In this document: in pieces, positions 43,439-52,804 of the stretch
How positions within the stretch are numbered: the stretch's first letter is position 1
Layout of the letters: each line of letters opens with the position of its first letter
Virus record (IMG/VR): IMGVR_UViG_3300035675_000001
Direction: 5' to 3' (one strand)
Origin: a virus
Taxonomy: Duplodnaviria; Caudoviricetes
Length of the DNA: 64,000 bases
Notes under the pieces: generated by a model
Database searches by the model: none
Seen by the model: only the letters and a program-made list of their open reading frames with translations
Told to the model about the DNA's origin: nothing
Program-made: the position numbers and the translations under genes

Positions 43439-44107
43439 TTGATCCAGGAGGCTTCGGCACTCCTGAAAGACGGCCCGATCAGCGAGCTGACGCACATCCA
43501 GCGCATGTGGGCCGACGTGACCTGGAACAAGGTGGAAGACCAGCGCGTGTCCACTGACGCCGAAGTTGCCCGCGACGGTTCACACCGAATCGCCCTTTAC
43601 CCATCGCTCACGCAGAAGCCCAAACAGCTCGCGTGCTCCATTCTGATCCGGGAGTTCGGTCACCTGCTCTACCGCAAAGCCCCGGAAGCATTGAAGCGCC
43701 GGTGGACGAACAAGCTCTGCCTGCCCGCCAGCGCACAGATCGACGCAGTTCAGCGCAAGCTCACGCCGGAGTTCAAGAGCTACCGCAGCCTGGTTGAGTC
43801 CTTCAAGACGGCGATGGACCGCTACGTCGCCCTGAATCTGGCCAACGCGCTGATCGCCAAGGGTGTCCCCTACGCCCAAGTCCAAAATGTAAACTTGCGG
43901 CAATGGGGTGCCACGCAGGAATACGCCAACCGCAGGCGCTACCACGTCCTGATCCCGCTGGTCTCGGCCTACAGCTCGAAGGACATCTTCGAGGACTTTG
44001 GGACGGCCTTGGCGGATTGGGTGTGCGGCACCAACGGGATCACGGAGTCCAGCGTCGCCGAAGCCACGCACGGGATCATCAAAGACATTCTGGAAGGGAT
44101 GCGCTAA
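43439..44107 (+). CDS. Hypothetical protein with degenerate zincin-like motif
   Basis: LIREFGHLL; TTG start inferred. Confidence 0.55.
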   Translation: MIQEASALLKDGPISELTHIQRMWADVTWNKVEDQRVSTDAEVARDGSHRIALYPSLTQKPKQLACSILIREFGHLLYRKAPEALKRRWTNKLCLPASAQIDAVQRKLTPEFKSYRSLVESFKTAMDRYVALNLANALIAKGVPYAQVQNVNLRQWGATQEYANRRRYHVLIPLVSAYSSKDIFEDFGTALADWVCGTNGITESSVAEATHGIIKDILEGMR

Positions 44108-44766
44108 ATCCGCTGCCCAAGCGCCTGCTCGGCCTCGCGCTTCGACATCTCGAACTTGTGGCCCAGCTCGTCCACGCCGACGTAGCGCGTCAGCTCGCAG
44201 AGCTGGTTTTGCAGCGGCCATGATCGAAACTCCTCCACGGTCTGACCCATCGCCTGGGCAGCCCCTTCGGCGTGTTGCTCCAGCCAGGAGTCCAACTTGC
44301 CGTCGTCGCTGACGTGGATTTCATACCAGGGGAACCGCTTGCGCTCATTCAGGAAGGCGGCACGGGCCGTCTGATACTGGCTGACGAGCTGTTCGCGCTC
44401 GCGCTCATTGTCGTCCCGCGTGCGCTGCTGCCATTCCAGGTCTCCGTCCGGGTCCAGGTAATTGGAGGGGAACCGATGCTCTATATTGGCCATGACCTGG
44501 GGCGGAACCTCCACGTCTTCGGGCTGGATTTCGTGGATGCCCAACTGATCCATCACATCCATGCCCTCGAAATACCAGATGATCCGCTTGATCGGGTTGT
44601 AGAAGTAGCCGCCGTAGTCCCACGCGCTGCCGAAGTCGCCGTCGATCTGCTCCCACCACCCATCCTCACTTTGGGGGTCATCAACCTCCTTCACGTCAAA
44701 GTCATCCTCGTCTTCCAGCAGATGGCGGACGATTTCCGGCGCGGTCAACAGGGCTTCTTCTCTCAT
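44104..44766 (-). CDS. Acidic hypothetical protein
   Basis: EIVRHLLEDEDDFDVKEV. Confidence 0.7.
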   Translation of the reverse strand: MREEALLTAPEIVRHLLEDEDDFDVKEVDDPQSEDGWWEQIDGDFGSAWDYGGYFYNPIKRIIWYFEGMDVMDQLGIHEIQPEDVEVPPQVMANIEHRFPSNYLDPDGDLEWQQRTRDDNEREREQLVSQYQTARAAFLNERKRFPWYEIHVSDDGKLDSWLEQHAEGAAQAMGQTVEEFRSWPLQNQLCELTRYVGVDELGHKFEMSKREAEQALGQRI

Positions 44767-46490
44767 TGCAGCAAGAGGGTGACGAGCTGGGCGGCACGCT
44801 CCTCGATCTGCTCGCGCAGACCGCGCTTCTGCCCCATGCGCTCTTTGTGATAGGCGGCTGGATCGGCGATGATGTTCGACGGGTCAAAGCCTTCGCCCCA
44901 CTCACGGATCGTGCGAAAAGCCCGATTGAAGCTCCGGGCCAGGGCTTGAAATTCAGCGGGCTGGAGCCTCTGCCGCCAGTCCTGAATGATGTCAGCCCAG
45001 GTTGCCCTTTCCTCGGATTGGCCACGGCGGAAAACAACGCCCTGGTAAGGCGGTCTCAGCTCCACGAGGTCATCAATGCTCACCACGGCCAGAATTTTCT
45101 CAGGCTGCCCGGTCTTGACGTGGAACATGATCGGGATTTTCTTGAACGGCCTGATACCCGCATCGCCGCTGTAATCGTAAGCGTCAATGCCCGCCTGGAA
45201 CTGCGACCAGGGCGTCAAACTGTGCCGGGAGCCGGTCGTGACCTGGGTAAGCTGCTCAGGGTCGGAAATATCCCACTCCTTCTGCCCGGCCCGCACGGCT
45301 GCCGCCAGGGTGAGCGGGACATAGACATCAACATTGGCGTCAGAATACAGACGCTCATTCCGGCCCACCTTCCCCTTGGCCCCGGCATAGCGCACATCAC
45401 CCAGGATGCGCTCGCGCATGGGCAGATTGGAGATGGCTTCATTCGCCTTGTTGACTTCCTGGATCGTCGGATATGGACCCTTGTAAACCAGGTCGCCGCC
45501 CTTGCTGAGCGTGACCTTGCCGATCTCCAGGTTGATGTCGATAGGCTCGCGGGGAGGGATTTGCTGCTCCGGGGGTAACCCCTGATTCTTCTGTGCCAGG
45601 CTGGCGTTGTAGGCGTCGAGCTGCGAGTTCCGGCGCTCCACGCGCTCCTTGTTGATGAGGAACTGGCGCATCGCGTTGTAAACGATCTCGTAGCGCCCCT
45701 CCTTGCCGCCCGGCCAGTGCCGCCAAAAGCCGAACAGCGTGTAGTGCTTGGAATCTTCGTCGCCGAACAGATACTCGCGGCGGCGATCCGGCTCAACCGA
45801 CTTCCACTCCTGCTCCGCCGCCTCACGGTCGATACCGCGCATGAGCTTGCTGTAAACGAACAGGGCATGAACGCGGTCACGGACCTTGGTTTCGAGCTGA
45901 TTCTTGATCCACTTCTTGATCTTGCCGCTGACCAGCGCCATCGCCACTTTCTCCTCCTTGCCGGGCGCGACATTGTTGGTCCGCAGGACGTTGAGGATGC
46001 CAGTAAACCGCGCACCCACGTCAGGAGAAGATGTAGCCGAAGCCAGGGCGGTAGTCAGGCTGGTGAGCTGCTGCAACCCGGTGGTGCGGGCGTAGTCGCT
46101 GATTTCCTGAGTCGTCAAACGGGTGTTCGGCGCTTCTGCCTGGAACTTTCGGAAGAAGTCCTCCGGCGTCTTTTCCGGGAACCCATCGCCCCACTGCTTC
46201 TTGGCCTTCTCGAATGCCTCCGAGCCGCCGCCCGCCTGGTAGAGCATCCAGTCCAGGTAGCGTTTGTCCGGGGTGCTATCGAGTTCGGCAAACTTGTTGA
46301 AGACCTCCGGGTCCAGGAGCGGTCCTTTGCCCAGCGGGCGGTTATCAGGGCCAACCGCATTGATCGAGACCGTATCATCAAGCCGATACTTCTTTTTCAG
46401 CTTGTTGAGCGTGGCCTCTGGACTCTTGCGAGTCTTGGGCTTCGGAGCTTCCTCCGGGGCCTGCCCTGGTTGTTCGACTGGTTCCGGCAT
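44763..46490 (-). CDS. Large hypothetical protein (575 aa)
   Basis: Start re-assigned to MPEPVEQ; GTATTTA upstream. Confidence 0.7.
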   Translation of the reverse strand: MPEPVEQPGQAPEEAPKPKTRKSPEATLNKLKKKYRLDDTVSINAVGPDNRPLGKGPLLDPEVFNKFAELDSTPDKRYLDWMLYQAGGGSEAFEKAKKQWGDGFPEKTPEDFFRKFQAEAPNTRLTTQEISDYARTTGLQQLTSLTTALASATSSPDVGARFTGILNVLRTNNVAPGKEEKVAMALVSGKIKKWIKNQLETKVRDRVHALFVYSKLMRGIDREAAEQEWKSVEPDRRREYLFGDEDSKHYTLFGFWRHWPGGKEGRYEIVYNAMRQFLINKERVERRNSQLDAYNASLAQKNQGLPPEQQIPPREPIDINLEIGKVTLSKGGDLVYKGPYPTIQEVNKANEAISNLPMRERILGDVRYAGAKGKVGRNERLYSDANVDVYVPLTLAAAVRAGQKEWDISDPEQLTQVTTGSRHSLTPWSQFQAGIDAYDYSGDAGIRPFKKIPIMFHVKTGQPEKILAVVSIDDLVELRPPYQGVVFRRGQSEERATWADIIQDWRQRLQPAEFQALARSFNRAFRTIREWGEGFDPSNIIADPAAYHKERMGQKRGLREQIEERAAQLVTLLLQ

Positions 46491-46560
46491 ATCAGACCTA
46501 AATACGTTCTCTACAGTGCAGAACGGCATGATTGTCGGCTGAACGATTGAAAATGTAAAC

Positions 46561-47103
46561 ATGGGCATCACCCCTGAACAATTTCGTGAGATGGAAGCGC
46601 GGAACGACGCCAACCGAAAGAAGGGCCTGGCGACTCGTCCGGCTCCCGTCCCAGCCACGGCTACGGCTGCGCCGATGGTGGGTTGGCCCTGGCCCCTGCT
46701 ACCCTTCCCGGCATTCGACACCAGGGAGTTCACCTACCACGGGTCGCCCATCGGCAAACCCAGGATGACCCGAAGTGACAAGTGGAAGAAGCGCCCCCGC
46801 GTTCTCAAATACCGCGCCTTCTGCGACTCCCTCCGGGCCGCATCGGGCGTATTGCCGGAAAAGGCAGACATGGTGCTGGTCACCGCCTACTGCCCCATGC
46901 CGCTGTCCTGGTCGGGTAAAAAGAAAGCCGCCCTGAACGGCAAGCCCTGCCGGTCCAAACCAGACTGGGACAACATCGGCAAGGCCGTGTGCGACGCGCT
47001 CTTTGACGAGGACTGCTGTATCTGGCTCGGCCTGACCATCAAATACTGGTGCTTCACGGGCGAGGAACGACTGAACGTAAAGGTGCTCTATGCTAAATCC
47101 TAA
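46561..47103 (+). CDS. rusA: RusA-family Holliday junction resolvase
   Basis: PIGKPRMTRSDKWKKRP, KPDWDNIGKAVCDAL. Confidence 0.85.
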   Translation: MGITPEQFREMEARNDANRKKGLATRPAPVPATATAAPMVGWPWPLLPFPAFDTREFTYHGSPIGKPRMTRSDKWKKRPRVLKYRAFCDSLRAASGVLPEKADMVLVTAYCPMPLSWSGKKKAALNGKPCRSKPDWDNIGKAVCDALFDEDCCIWLGLTIKYWCFTGEERLNVKVLYAKS

Positions 47104-47449
47104 CGAAATCAACCCCAAGCACATCCACTCGCTCCAGGCGACGCTCATGAAGTATCGCTCGAAGCTGGATGAGCGGAAGATCACGAACCTCTACAAAGCG
47201 GCCAAAACGCTGTTTTTCCAGAGCAACCCATCGGCGAGCTTGCTCCAGGACCAGACCATGTGGCGGTCCCGCATCGCCAACAACGCCGTCGTGATCTCGA
47301 CCTGCACCGACGTAGAAACGGGCCTGTTCATCCAGCTCGCCGGTGACCCCAACTCCCACGAGGACGCCCTGCTCCTGACCTTCGGCCAGAAGTATTGCGT
47401 CGAGTGGAAAGACGCCATGCGGAACAACGTGGCAACCAAGATTTGGTAG
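47090..47449 (+). CDS. Hypothetical protein
   Basis: ORF track. Confidence 0.6.
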   Translation: MLNPNEINPKHIHSLQATLMKYRSKLDERKITNLYKAAKTLFFQSNPSASLLQDQTMWRSRIANNAVVISTCTDVETGLFIQLAGDPNSHEDALLLTFGQKYCVEWKDAMRNNVATKIW

Positions 47450-47475
47450 CCTTGAATAATGTAAACATTTCCCAC

Positions 47476-47504
47476 TTGACCCGGTGGACGCTTTTGTTTA
47501 CATT
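47476..47504 (+). promoter_or_regulatory. Sigma70-type promoter
   Basis: TTGACC-17 nt-TACATT. Confidence 0.6.
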
Positions 47505-47512
47505 TATTCCGT

Positions 47513-48136
47513 ATGGACGATACCAGTAAGCAATTACGGGACACGAACCTGAGATTTCACGGCCTTTGCCAAAAGGCGCGTGAATGGCTCCTGACGCAGC
47601 TTGCGACCAGGGGCTTCAACAGCAAGGCAGACGGGCACAAGATCACTACCACTGTCGAGGACGAAGCTACCGGTATCACCGCTGATGCCACGATCTGCAT
47701 TTGGCCAAAGGTGCGAGATTTTTCAAAGCTCGCTGAGGGGATCAAAGTTAGGGTAGAGCGCGACCGCCACGCGGTCAACTACGCGAGGGCGACCGAGAAG
47801 TGGGAGGACTTCCCGTGGGAGAAAATCATCGAAGCCCATGTCGAGGAGCTGAAACGACGCCTCAAGTCGAGGCTCCAATACCGGGCCGAGGAGAATGAGC
47901 GCGAGCGCCTTGAAACGCTCGCCAAGGAAGAAGTTCCACTGCCGTTGAACCCCGATCACTTCCGGGGTGAATACCTGTCCGGGTATGAGAGACGGCGCAA
48001 CCGAGACGGCACGTATCACGTTCAGGTGAACTGTCACCGTCTTACCGCAGAGCAAGCCCGCATCGTTCGGGATTTCGTTCTTGCGGCTAACCAGATCACT
48101 ACTCATGAAAAAACAACAGACACCGACCCGACCTAA
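47513..48136 (+). CDS. Hypothetical protein
   Basis: ORF track; directly after the promoter. Confidence 0.6.
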   Translation: MDDTSKQLRDTNLRFHGLCQKAREWLLTQLATRGFNSKADGHKITTTVEDEATGITADATICIWPKVRDFSKLAEGIKVRVERDRHAVNYARATEKWEDFPWEKIIEAHVEELKRRLKSRLQYRAEENERERLETLAKEEVPLPLNPDHFRGEYLSGYERRRNRDGTYHVQVNCHRLTAEQARIVRDFVLAANQITTHEKTTDTDPT

Positions 48137-48563
48137 GAAACGTGAGCCACGGACGCACATCGTGTCCTTCCGCCTGCGCGAAACCGAAGCCGACATGCTG
48201 CTCCAACACCTGGAGAAGCACCCTATCGCCGGATTCAAGTCCTTGAAGCAGTTCTGCCGCAAACTCAGCGTGGACTACGCGCTGGAACGGCTCATCTACA
48301 TCAATCCCATCGACTGCGAAATCAACTTCGACTCGCGGGAGTTTCTGCCGATTGAGCCGCCCAACTGCAAAATGTCCGACAAGAAGTTCATCAAGGCCCT
48401 CCGCGATTTCATCACGGTGCCGGAGAACTGGAACAAACTCCGCCTGTTCATGCTGCGGGCAGGCTGGCCGGAAAAACTCAAGAACGAGTGCCGCGATGCC
48501 GACAGTCAGGAACGTCTGCTGCTCGCGCAGCGCGTGCTCACCGAAATGCTAATCAAACCATGA
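48105..48563 (+). CDS. Possible ribbon-helix-helix DNA-binding protein
   Basis: RTHIVSFRLRETE...L. Confidence 0.55.
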   Translation: MKKQQTPTRPKKREPRTHIVSFRLRETEADMLLQHLEKHPIAGFKSLKQFCRKLSVDYALERLIYINPIDCEINFDSREFLPIEPPNCKMSDKKFIKALRDFITVPENWNKLRLFMLRAGWPEKLKNECRDADSQERLLLAQRVLTEMLIKP

Positions 48564-48745
48564 ATTACACACTCACCAAAGGCAAGGTCAGGGTCCAAAT
48601 CCGGTTTCTCGCTGAAACCGCCGAGGTCTCGAAAACTGTCGGGGGCAACCTCGACACCAACAAAACCGTCATCACCCACCAGGAAGCCAACCGTAAGGTC
48701 AACGAGCTGGTTCGGGAGGGTTACAAGGCGACAAAGCACTCCTGA
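48560..48745 (+). CDS. Hypothetical protein (61 aa)
   Basis: ATGA-coupled start MNYTLTKG. Confidence 0.55.
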   Translation: MNYTLTKGKVRVQIRFLAETAEVSKTVGGNLDTNKTVITHQEANRKVNELVREGYKATKHS

Positions 48746-48746
48746 C

Positions 48747-49445
48747 ATGGATGCCGAGGAGTTCAAAGAGCTTGCCCTGGAGATGACCGATTGTGCGGAC
48801 GAGTCGCTGGAAAGTGTTCGACGCCTCATAGGTCTTCTCAAGGGCAGTCCCCTGGTGGTGATATGCGGCGGGCGTGCCTGTGGAAAAACCGCCCTGCTCG
48901 CCGCTATCACCAAGCTCCTCGATGGCGACTGCTACTACCTGGACGAAGGGGCGCACTGCCAGCTCGATCCGCACGACCTGAACAACCGGGCGCAGTGGAT
49001 GCGGGACCGGGCCAGGCAAAGCCAGAAGTCTGCCTTCCTGACGGTCAGTATGCACCGGAACGTCGGCCCCAACGATGACTTCCTGGCGGACTTCACGCTC
49101 CAGCACCCGCCGCCCGCGCACGTCGCCTTCATCGCCGACGCCGCCGTTTACATGAACCGGACAGGCTGGAAGATCGTCAAGAGCCGCCTGGGGCCTGCGG
49201 GCGACCACGGACGCTTTGAGCTGGAACATCTGCTGTCCGACCGCACGGCTTACGACAGCGTGCTTTACCGCAGCAACCAGCGCCCCTGCAAAACCGACCA
49301 GCAGACGGAGCGGGAGGAGCGGATTGTCAACCGGGGCTGGAGGCACATGGTTCACCTGGTTCACGGCATTGACCTGGCGGCTGGACCCGACCGAACAGGC
49401 TACCAAATCGTCGGCACGCGCACCGGGCGCATCGCATACGCATGA
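48747..49445 (+). CDS. P-loop NTPase-like protein
   Basis: GGRACGKT, YYLDE, IVKSRLG. Confidence 0.5.
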   Translation: MDAEEFKELALEMTDCADESLESVRRLIGLLKGSPLVVICGGRACGKTALLAAITKLLDGDCYYLDEGAHCQLDPHDLNNRAQWMRDRARQSQKSAFLTVSMHRNVGPNDDFLADFTLQHPPPAHVAFIADAAVYMNRTGWKIVKSRLGPAGDHGRFELEHLLSDRTAYDSVLYRSNQRPCKTDQQTEREERIVNRGWRHMVHLVHGIDLAAGPDRTGYQIVGTRTGRIAYA

Positions 49446-50131
49446 ACCCCTCGCGCATAGGCACCCCAGTCCAGAAGGAAATCGACGAGTGGCATTTCCG
49501 GTTCAACCACAAGATCATCGTCTTTAAGGTCTTCATCCACCGCGCCCGCGACCCCCAGCGCAGCGAGGACCACCCCGATCCCTGGATCAAGTTCAGCGCC
49601 GAAGTGGATAGCCGGTCAATGGAGAAGGCCAAGATCGACCCCAAGGAATTTGCCCTGGTCACGATCAAGGAGGACACCATCCAGAAGCTCCGCGACCGCT
49701 GCCAGGCCCATGTCGAGGCCATGCTGCGGCTCAACTGGAAGAAGGTCATCATCGTCGGCTTCCAGCCGGAGCACGAGAAGGAGCTGTTCATGGGCCGCGA
49801 ACGCCGCGATCCTGCGGTCCAGCTCCAGTTCGACTACGCGACCGGCGAGCAGGCCGGAGAGTTCTTCCGGCGCGAGGACGAAGATGAGTCCAAATGCTAC
49901 TTCCTCAAGGAAGCAGCCAACCTGCTCAACGGCTATTCCTGGGAGAAGAAATTTGTCCACGTTTTTGACTATGACGAAAGCCTGATGGCGACCCTGGCGC
50001 TGCTCAAAACCAAGTATGAGGAGCTGAACAACCGAGTCGCTGAACTGGTCAAGCCCGGCAAACTGGAGCTGCTGGGCGCGGCCTTAAATCGAATGCTCCC
50101 ACCACCCCCACCCGATGCACATACTCCGTAA
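49442..50131 (+). CDS. Hypothetical protein
   Basis: ORF track; ATGA overlap. Confidence 0.65.
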   Translation: MNPSRIGTPVQKEIDEWHFRFNHKIIVFKVFIHRARDPQRSEDHPDPWIKFSAEVDSRSMEKAKIDPKEFALVTIKEDTIQKLRDRCQAHVEAMLRLNWKKVIIVGFQPEHEKELFMGRERRDPAVQLQFDYATGEQAGEFFRREDEDESKCYFLKEAANLLNGYSWEKKFVHVFDYDESLMATLALLKTKYEELNNRVAELVKPGKLELLGAALNRMLPPPPPDAHTP

Positions 50132-50501
50132 ACACGTTGCCCACCTGGGCTTCAAGGGCATCAGCCCGTTCGACAGCTCCTTCCAGTCCGTCTGGTATAA
50201 GGTCATCCCGGAGAAGAACGTCGTCATCGGCATCAGCAACACGATCCCCAGGGGTGTTTTTCGGTTCGACCTGACGCCGCAGCAGATGAAAGCTTTCCAG
50301 AACGGCAAGCTCTCGCTGACGCCGCCCGGCCACTGCCACGTCACCGGAGGTCCGAACGTGGAGGACTGCTCCTGGGTCTTCCAGGGCGAGTTCGAGCGCA
50401 TCAAAGAGCTTTACGAAATCCTCAAGCTGACCCGCGTGTTCCCGGCAGGAACGCTCAAACCTTTACCCCGAAAGAAACCCAATGCCTGTATCGCCGCATG
50501 A
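50115..50501 (+). CDS. Hypothetical protein
   Basis: ORF track. Confidence 0.6.
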   Translation: MHILRKHVAHLGFKGISPFDSSFQSVWYKVIPEKNVVIGISNTIPRGVFRFDLTPQQMKAFQNGKLSLTPPGHCHVTGGPNVEDCSWVFQGEFERIKELYEILKLTRVFPAGTLKPLPRKKPNACIAA

Positions 50502-50691
50502 GTTCATGGAATGGGTCGTCCTGACCCTGGTCTTTATCGTCGCCGGAAACTTCGGCGCTATCGCGCTTTCCAGGCTGCTCAAGCTGGAGAAGGACGCCAA
50601 AACCGTCGCCAGAGCTGTGCTCGTCATGGCCCTGATCGGCAACCTGATCGCCCTCCTTTTCGCCCTTACCGGCCTCGCCATCGCTCGCTGA
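50482..50691 (+). CDS. Small 2-TM membrane protein
   Basis: Two hydrophobic segments; start uncertain. Confidence 0.55.
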   Translation: MPVSPHEFMEWVVLTLVFIVAGNFGAIALSRLLKLEKDAKTVARAVLVMALIGNLIALLFALTGLAIAR

Positions 50692-50707
50692 TTCCGTTCT
50701 ATCCGGC

Positions 50708-51157
50708 ATGAGCGACTACATCGGGTTTTTGGTGGTAAGTAGGAAAGACGGCTACTTGCTGGAAGGCAAAGATCATGCAGCGAAGGTTTTTGAACGACGG
50801 GCAGACGCACAAAGCGCGTGCGGGGCTTTGCAGAACCGAGAGGTTGTGCGGCTTCGATACGACGTGGCCGTGCAATCGCTCATGGAGGGTTCCGCATTCA
50901 GCTTTGACTGCCAGGAGGGCCTGGAGCGGTTTCAAAAGAAGGTGCGAAACGACATGGCGCACAAGCCCTACCTCGCCAAGAGCCAGGACCACACCCTGGT
51001 CCGATGGAAAGAGTCCGATGCACGACCTGCTGAAAACGATAGCCCTGGTGCCCGTATGGTTTCTGACGCTGCTGCTCAAGCCGCTGCTGCCAGCCAGCCA
51101 TCCGTGGAAACACCAAAGTTTAACCCTGCAATCCTGGTGCCGGAACGGAACCAGTAA
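50708..51157 (+). CDS. Hypothetical protein
   Basis: ORF track; last ~45 codons overlap the next ORF. Confidence 0.55.
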   Translation: MSDYIGFLVVSRKDGYLLEGKDHAAKVFERRADAQSACGALQNREVVRLRYDVAVQSLMEGSAFSFDCQEGLERFQKKVRNDMAHKPYLAKSQDHTLVRWKESDARPAENDSPGARMVSDAAAQAAAASQPSVETPKFNPAILVPERNQ

Positions 51158-51236
51158 CGCCATCCAGTTTGGTGTGACGTTTTGGATTCTTGGCCTGTGC
51201 CAGTGTGCGCTAATCTACCTGCTATGCCGAAAGTGA
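51018..51236 (+). CDS. Small membrane protein overlapping the upstream ORF
   Basis: MHDLLKTIALVPVWFLTLLL...FGVTFWILGLCQCALIYLL. Confidence 0.45.
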   Translation: MHDLLKTIALVPVWFLTLLLKPLLPASHPWKHQSLTLQSWCRNGTSNAIQFGVTFWILGLCQCALIYLLCRK

Positions 51237-51424
51237 AAAAGAAAGCCAAGGCGCAAGCCAAGGCCGGAGACATCTGTGAGTTTTGCTCTGGCGTCCTGAT
51301 CGAAGTCCAGGGGAATCTCTGCTGCCAAAGGTGCCATCGCGTGCCCGGCCAGGTTGACCCGGAGGTCAAGGCCCCCGAAGTCATCCACCCACCCGTGGGT
51401 CCACGCCGGAGCATGAGACCATGA
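51224..51424 (+). CDS. Small zinc-ribbon protein
   Basis: CEFC...CQRC. Confidence 0.55.
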   Translation: MPKVKKKAKAQAKAGDICEFCSGVLIEVQGNLCCQRCHRVPGQVDPEVKAPEVIHPPVGPRRSMRP

Positions 51425-51846
51425 AAGCCGTTCCCATTGACCTGCTCCAGCAGATCGCTGATCGCAAGCTGGAGGTCACCGGCAAGAACATCTGGAACGC
51501 GCTCCGCTACCGCGCCCATATCCAGTTGATCGGCCACGACGGCGACGTGCTCACTGGCGTCCCTGGCACGGACAAGGTTGCCTCCATCCGGTTAACCAAG
51601 CGCGGGGAGGAAGCCCTGGCCAGCGCCGGAGCCAAGGCCATGTTCAACAAGGACGACCTTCCGATGGACGTGCGCCTGTGGGTCAGCTCCTTCCGCCGCT
51701 GGTGCCGGAACTGCCCGAAGCACGTCCACCTGGCCTACTCTGACGGCCAGCTTCACGTCCTGGGCGAAGACAGCAGCGGCCAGGTCAAGGATGATGACGG
51801 GCATCGGCTTTCGTCGATGAAAGTGCCGTGGGTAGTTAAGGCGTGA
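51421..51846 (+). CDS. Hypothetical protein
   Basis: ORF track; ATGA overlap. Confidence 0.6.
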   Translation: MKAVPIDLLQQIADRKLEVTGKNIWNALRYRAHIQLIGHDGDVLTGVPGTDKVASIRLTKRGEEALASAGAKAMFNKDDLPMDVRLWVSSFRRWCRNCPKHVHLAYSDGQLHVLGEDSSGQVKDDDGHRLSSMKVPWVVKA

Positions 51847-52415
51847 ACGACGCCGTTCAGGACATCATAGACTTTCTCTTGGAAGACGATCCGGTTCGCC
51901 GCGAGCGAGCCGCCTACGTCGCCCGGCTGCGGAAGCGCCACGTCCCTTTCTCCAAGATCGGCAAGACGATGCACGTCAGCCGCCAGCGTGCCCACCAACT
52001 CTACCGGTCCTTTGCCGAAACCGAAGAAGACTTCGAGGCGAAGGACTTGGCCAGCCCCTCCAGCCCGGAGGAAGCCCAGCAGAAGATCGCGGAGTGGATG
52101 AACGCCCACCAGATGCGCGGGGAGTTCAAGCTTTGGCCCAAGGGCACCTATCGCGGTCCCTACCCGGAATACGCCCAAAACGCCGAGTTCTCCATGACCC
52201 TGAGCGGCCTCCTGGCCGACGAATGGGAGGAGAACTTCCGCATCCAGGACGAGTTCGATCTGGTCTGCAAAAGCCTGGGCTACCACTACGAGCACGGCAC
52301 CCGCAGCTCCCTCCACTTCTATCTCAACCCGCCGATGGAAGCCAGCGAACTAGGGGAACCTCCGCCTGAGCGCGAACCGCTGCCGCCGCCCAATCTCCGA
52401 GACATCGAATTTTAG
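51843..52415 (+). CDS. Protein with sigma70 region-4-like HTH
   Basis: FLLEDD; VPFSKIGKTMHVSRQRAHQL; GTAGTTA upstream. Confidence 0.65.
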   Translation: MNDAVQDIIDFLLEDDPVRRERAAYVARLRKRHVPFSKIGKTMHVSRQRAHQLYRSFAETEEDFEAKDLASPSSPEEAQQKIAEWMNAHQMRGEFKLWPKGTYRGPYPEYAQNAEFSMTLSGLLADEWEENFRIQDEFDLVCKSLGYHYEHGTRSSLHFYLNPPMEASELGEPPPEREPLPPPNLRDIEF

Positions 52416-52492
52416 TTCTACCTGGTGCGAATTGGGGGCCTTCACTGATGGTCCTTGAATTTGTTTACAAAATTTAGCACCGTGTGGAATCA

Positions 52493-52804
52493 ATGAATCG
52501 GCGCGGCTTTTTCAAAATCCTGGCGTCCGGTCTGGTCATAGCGACCGGCCCGACAATCTTCATTCCGAAGATCATCAAACCCGTCTGGAAGCCACTGGTG
52601 GTGCCCCGCGCCAGCATCGGCAACTTCGACCGCTGGATTTTTCCGATCATCGCCAACATGTCCGAGACGGACGTGATCGACCAGCTCGTTAAGGTTCAGC
52701 CAATGAGCCTGCCAACCGGCGCTACCTTCTACATGGACTTCAAGTATGGCCCGCCGCGACGGCGACCTTTCCTGGAACGGCTATTCCCCTGGCTTCCCGC
52801 ATGA
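52493..52804 (+). CDS. Small protein: twin-arginine-like N-terminus plus a T4 gp23-like capsid segment
   Basis: MNRRGFFKIL; FPII...LVKVQPMSLPTGATFYMDFKYG. Confidence 0.6.
   Translation: MNRRGFFKILASGLVIATGPTIFIPKIIKPVWKPLVVPRASIGNFDRWIFPIIANMSETDVIDQLVKVQPMSLPTGATFYMDFKYGPPRRRPFLERLFPWLPA

Noticed and set aside
50708-51236. Programmed frameshift between overlapping ORFs 50708-51157 and 51018-51236
   Set aside because: No slippery heptamer or stimulatory structure found; a simple overlap or a spurious C-terminal extension explains it.
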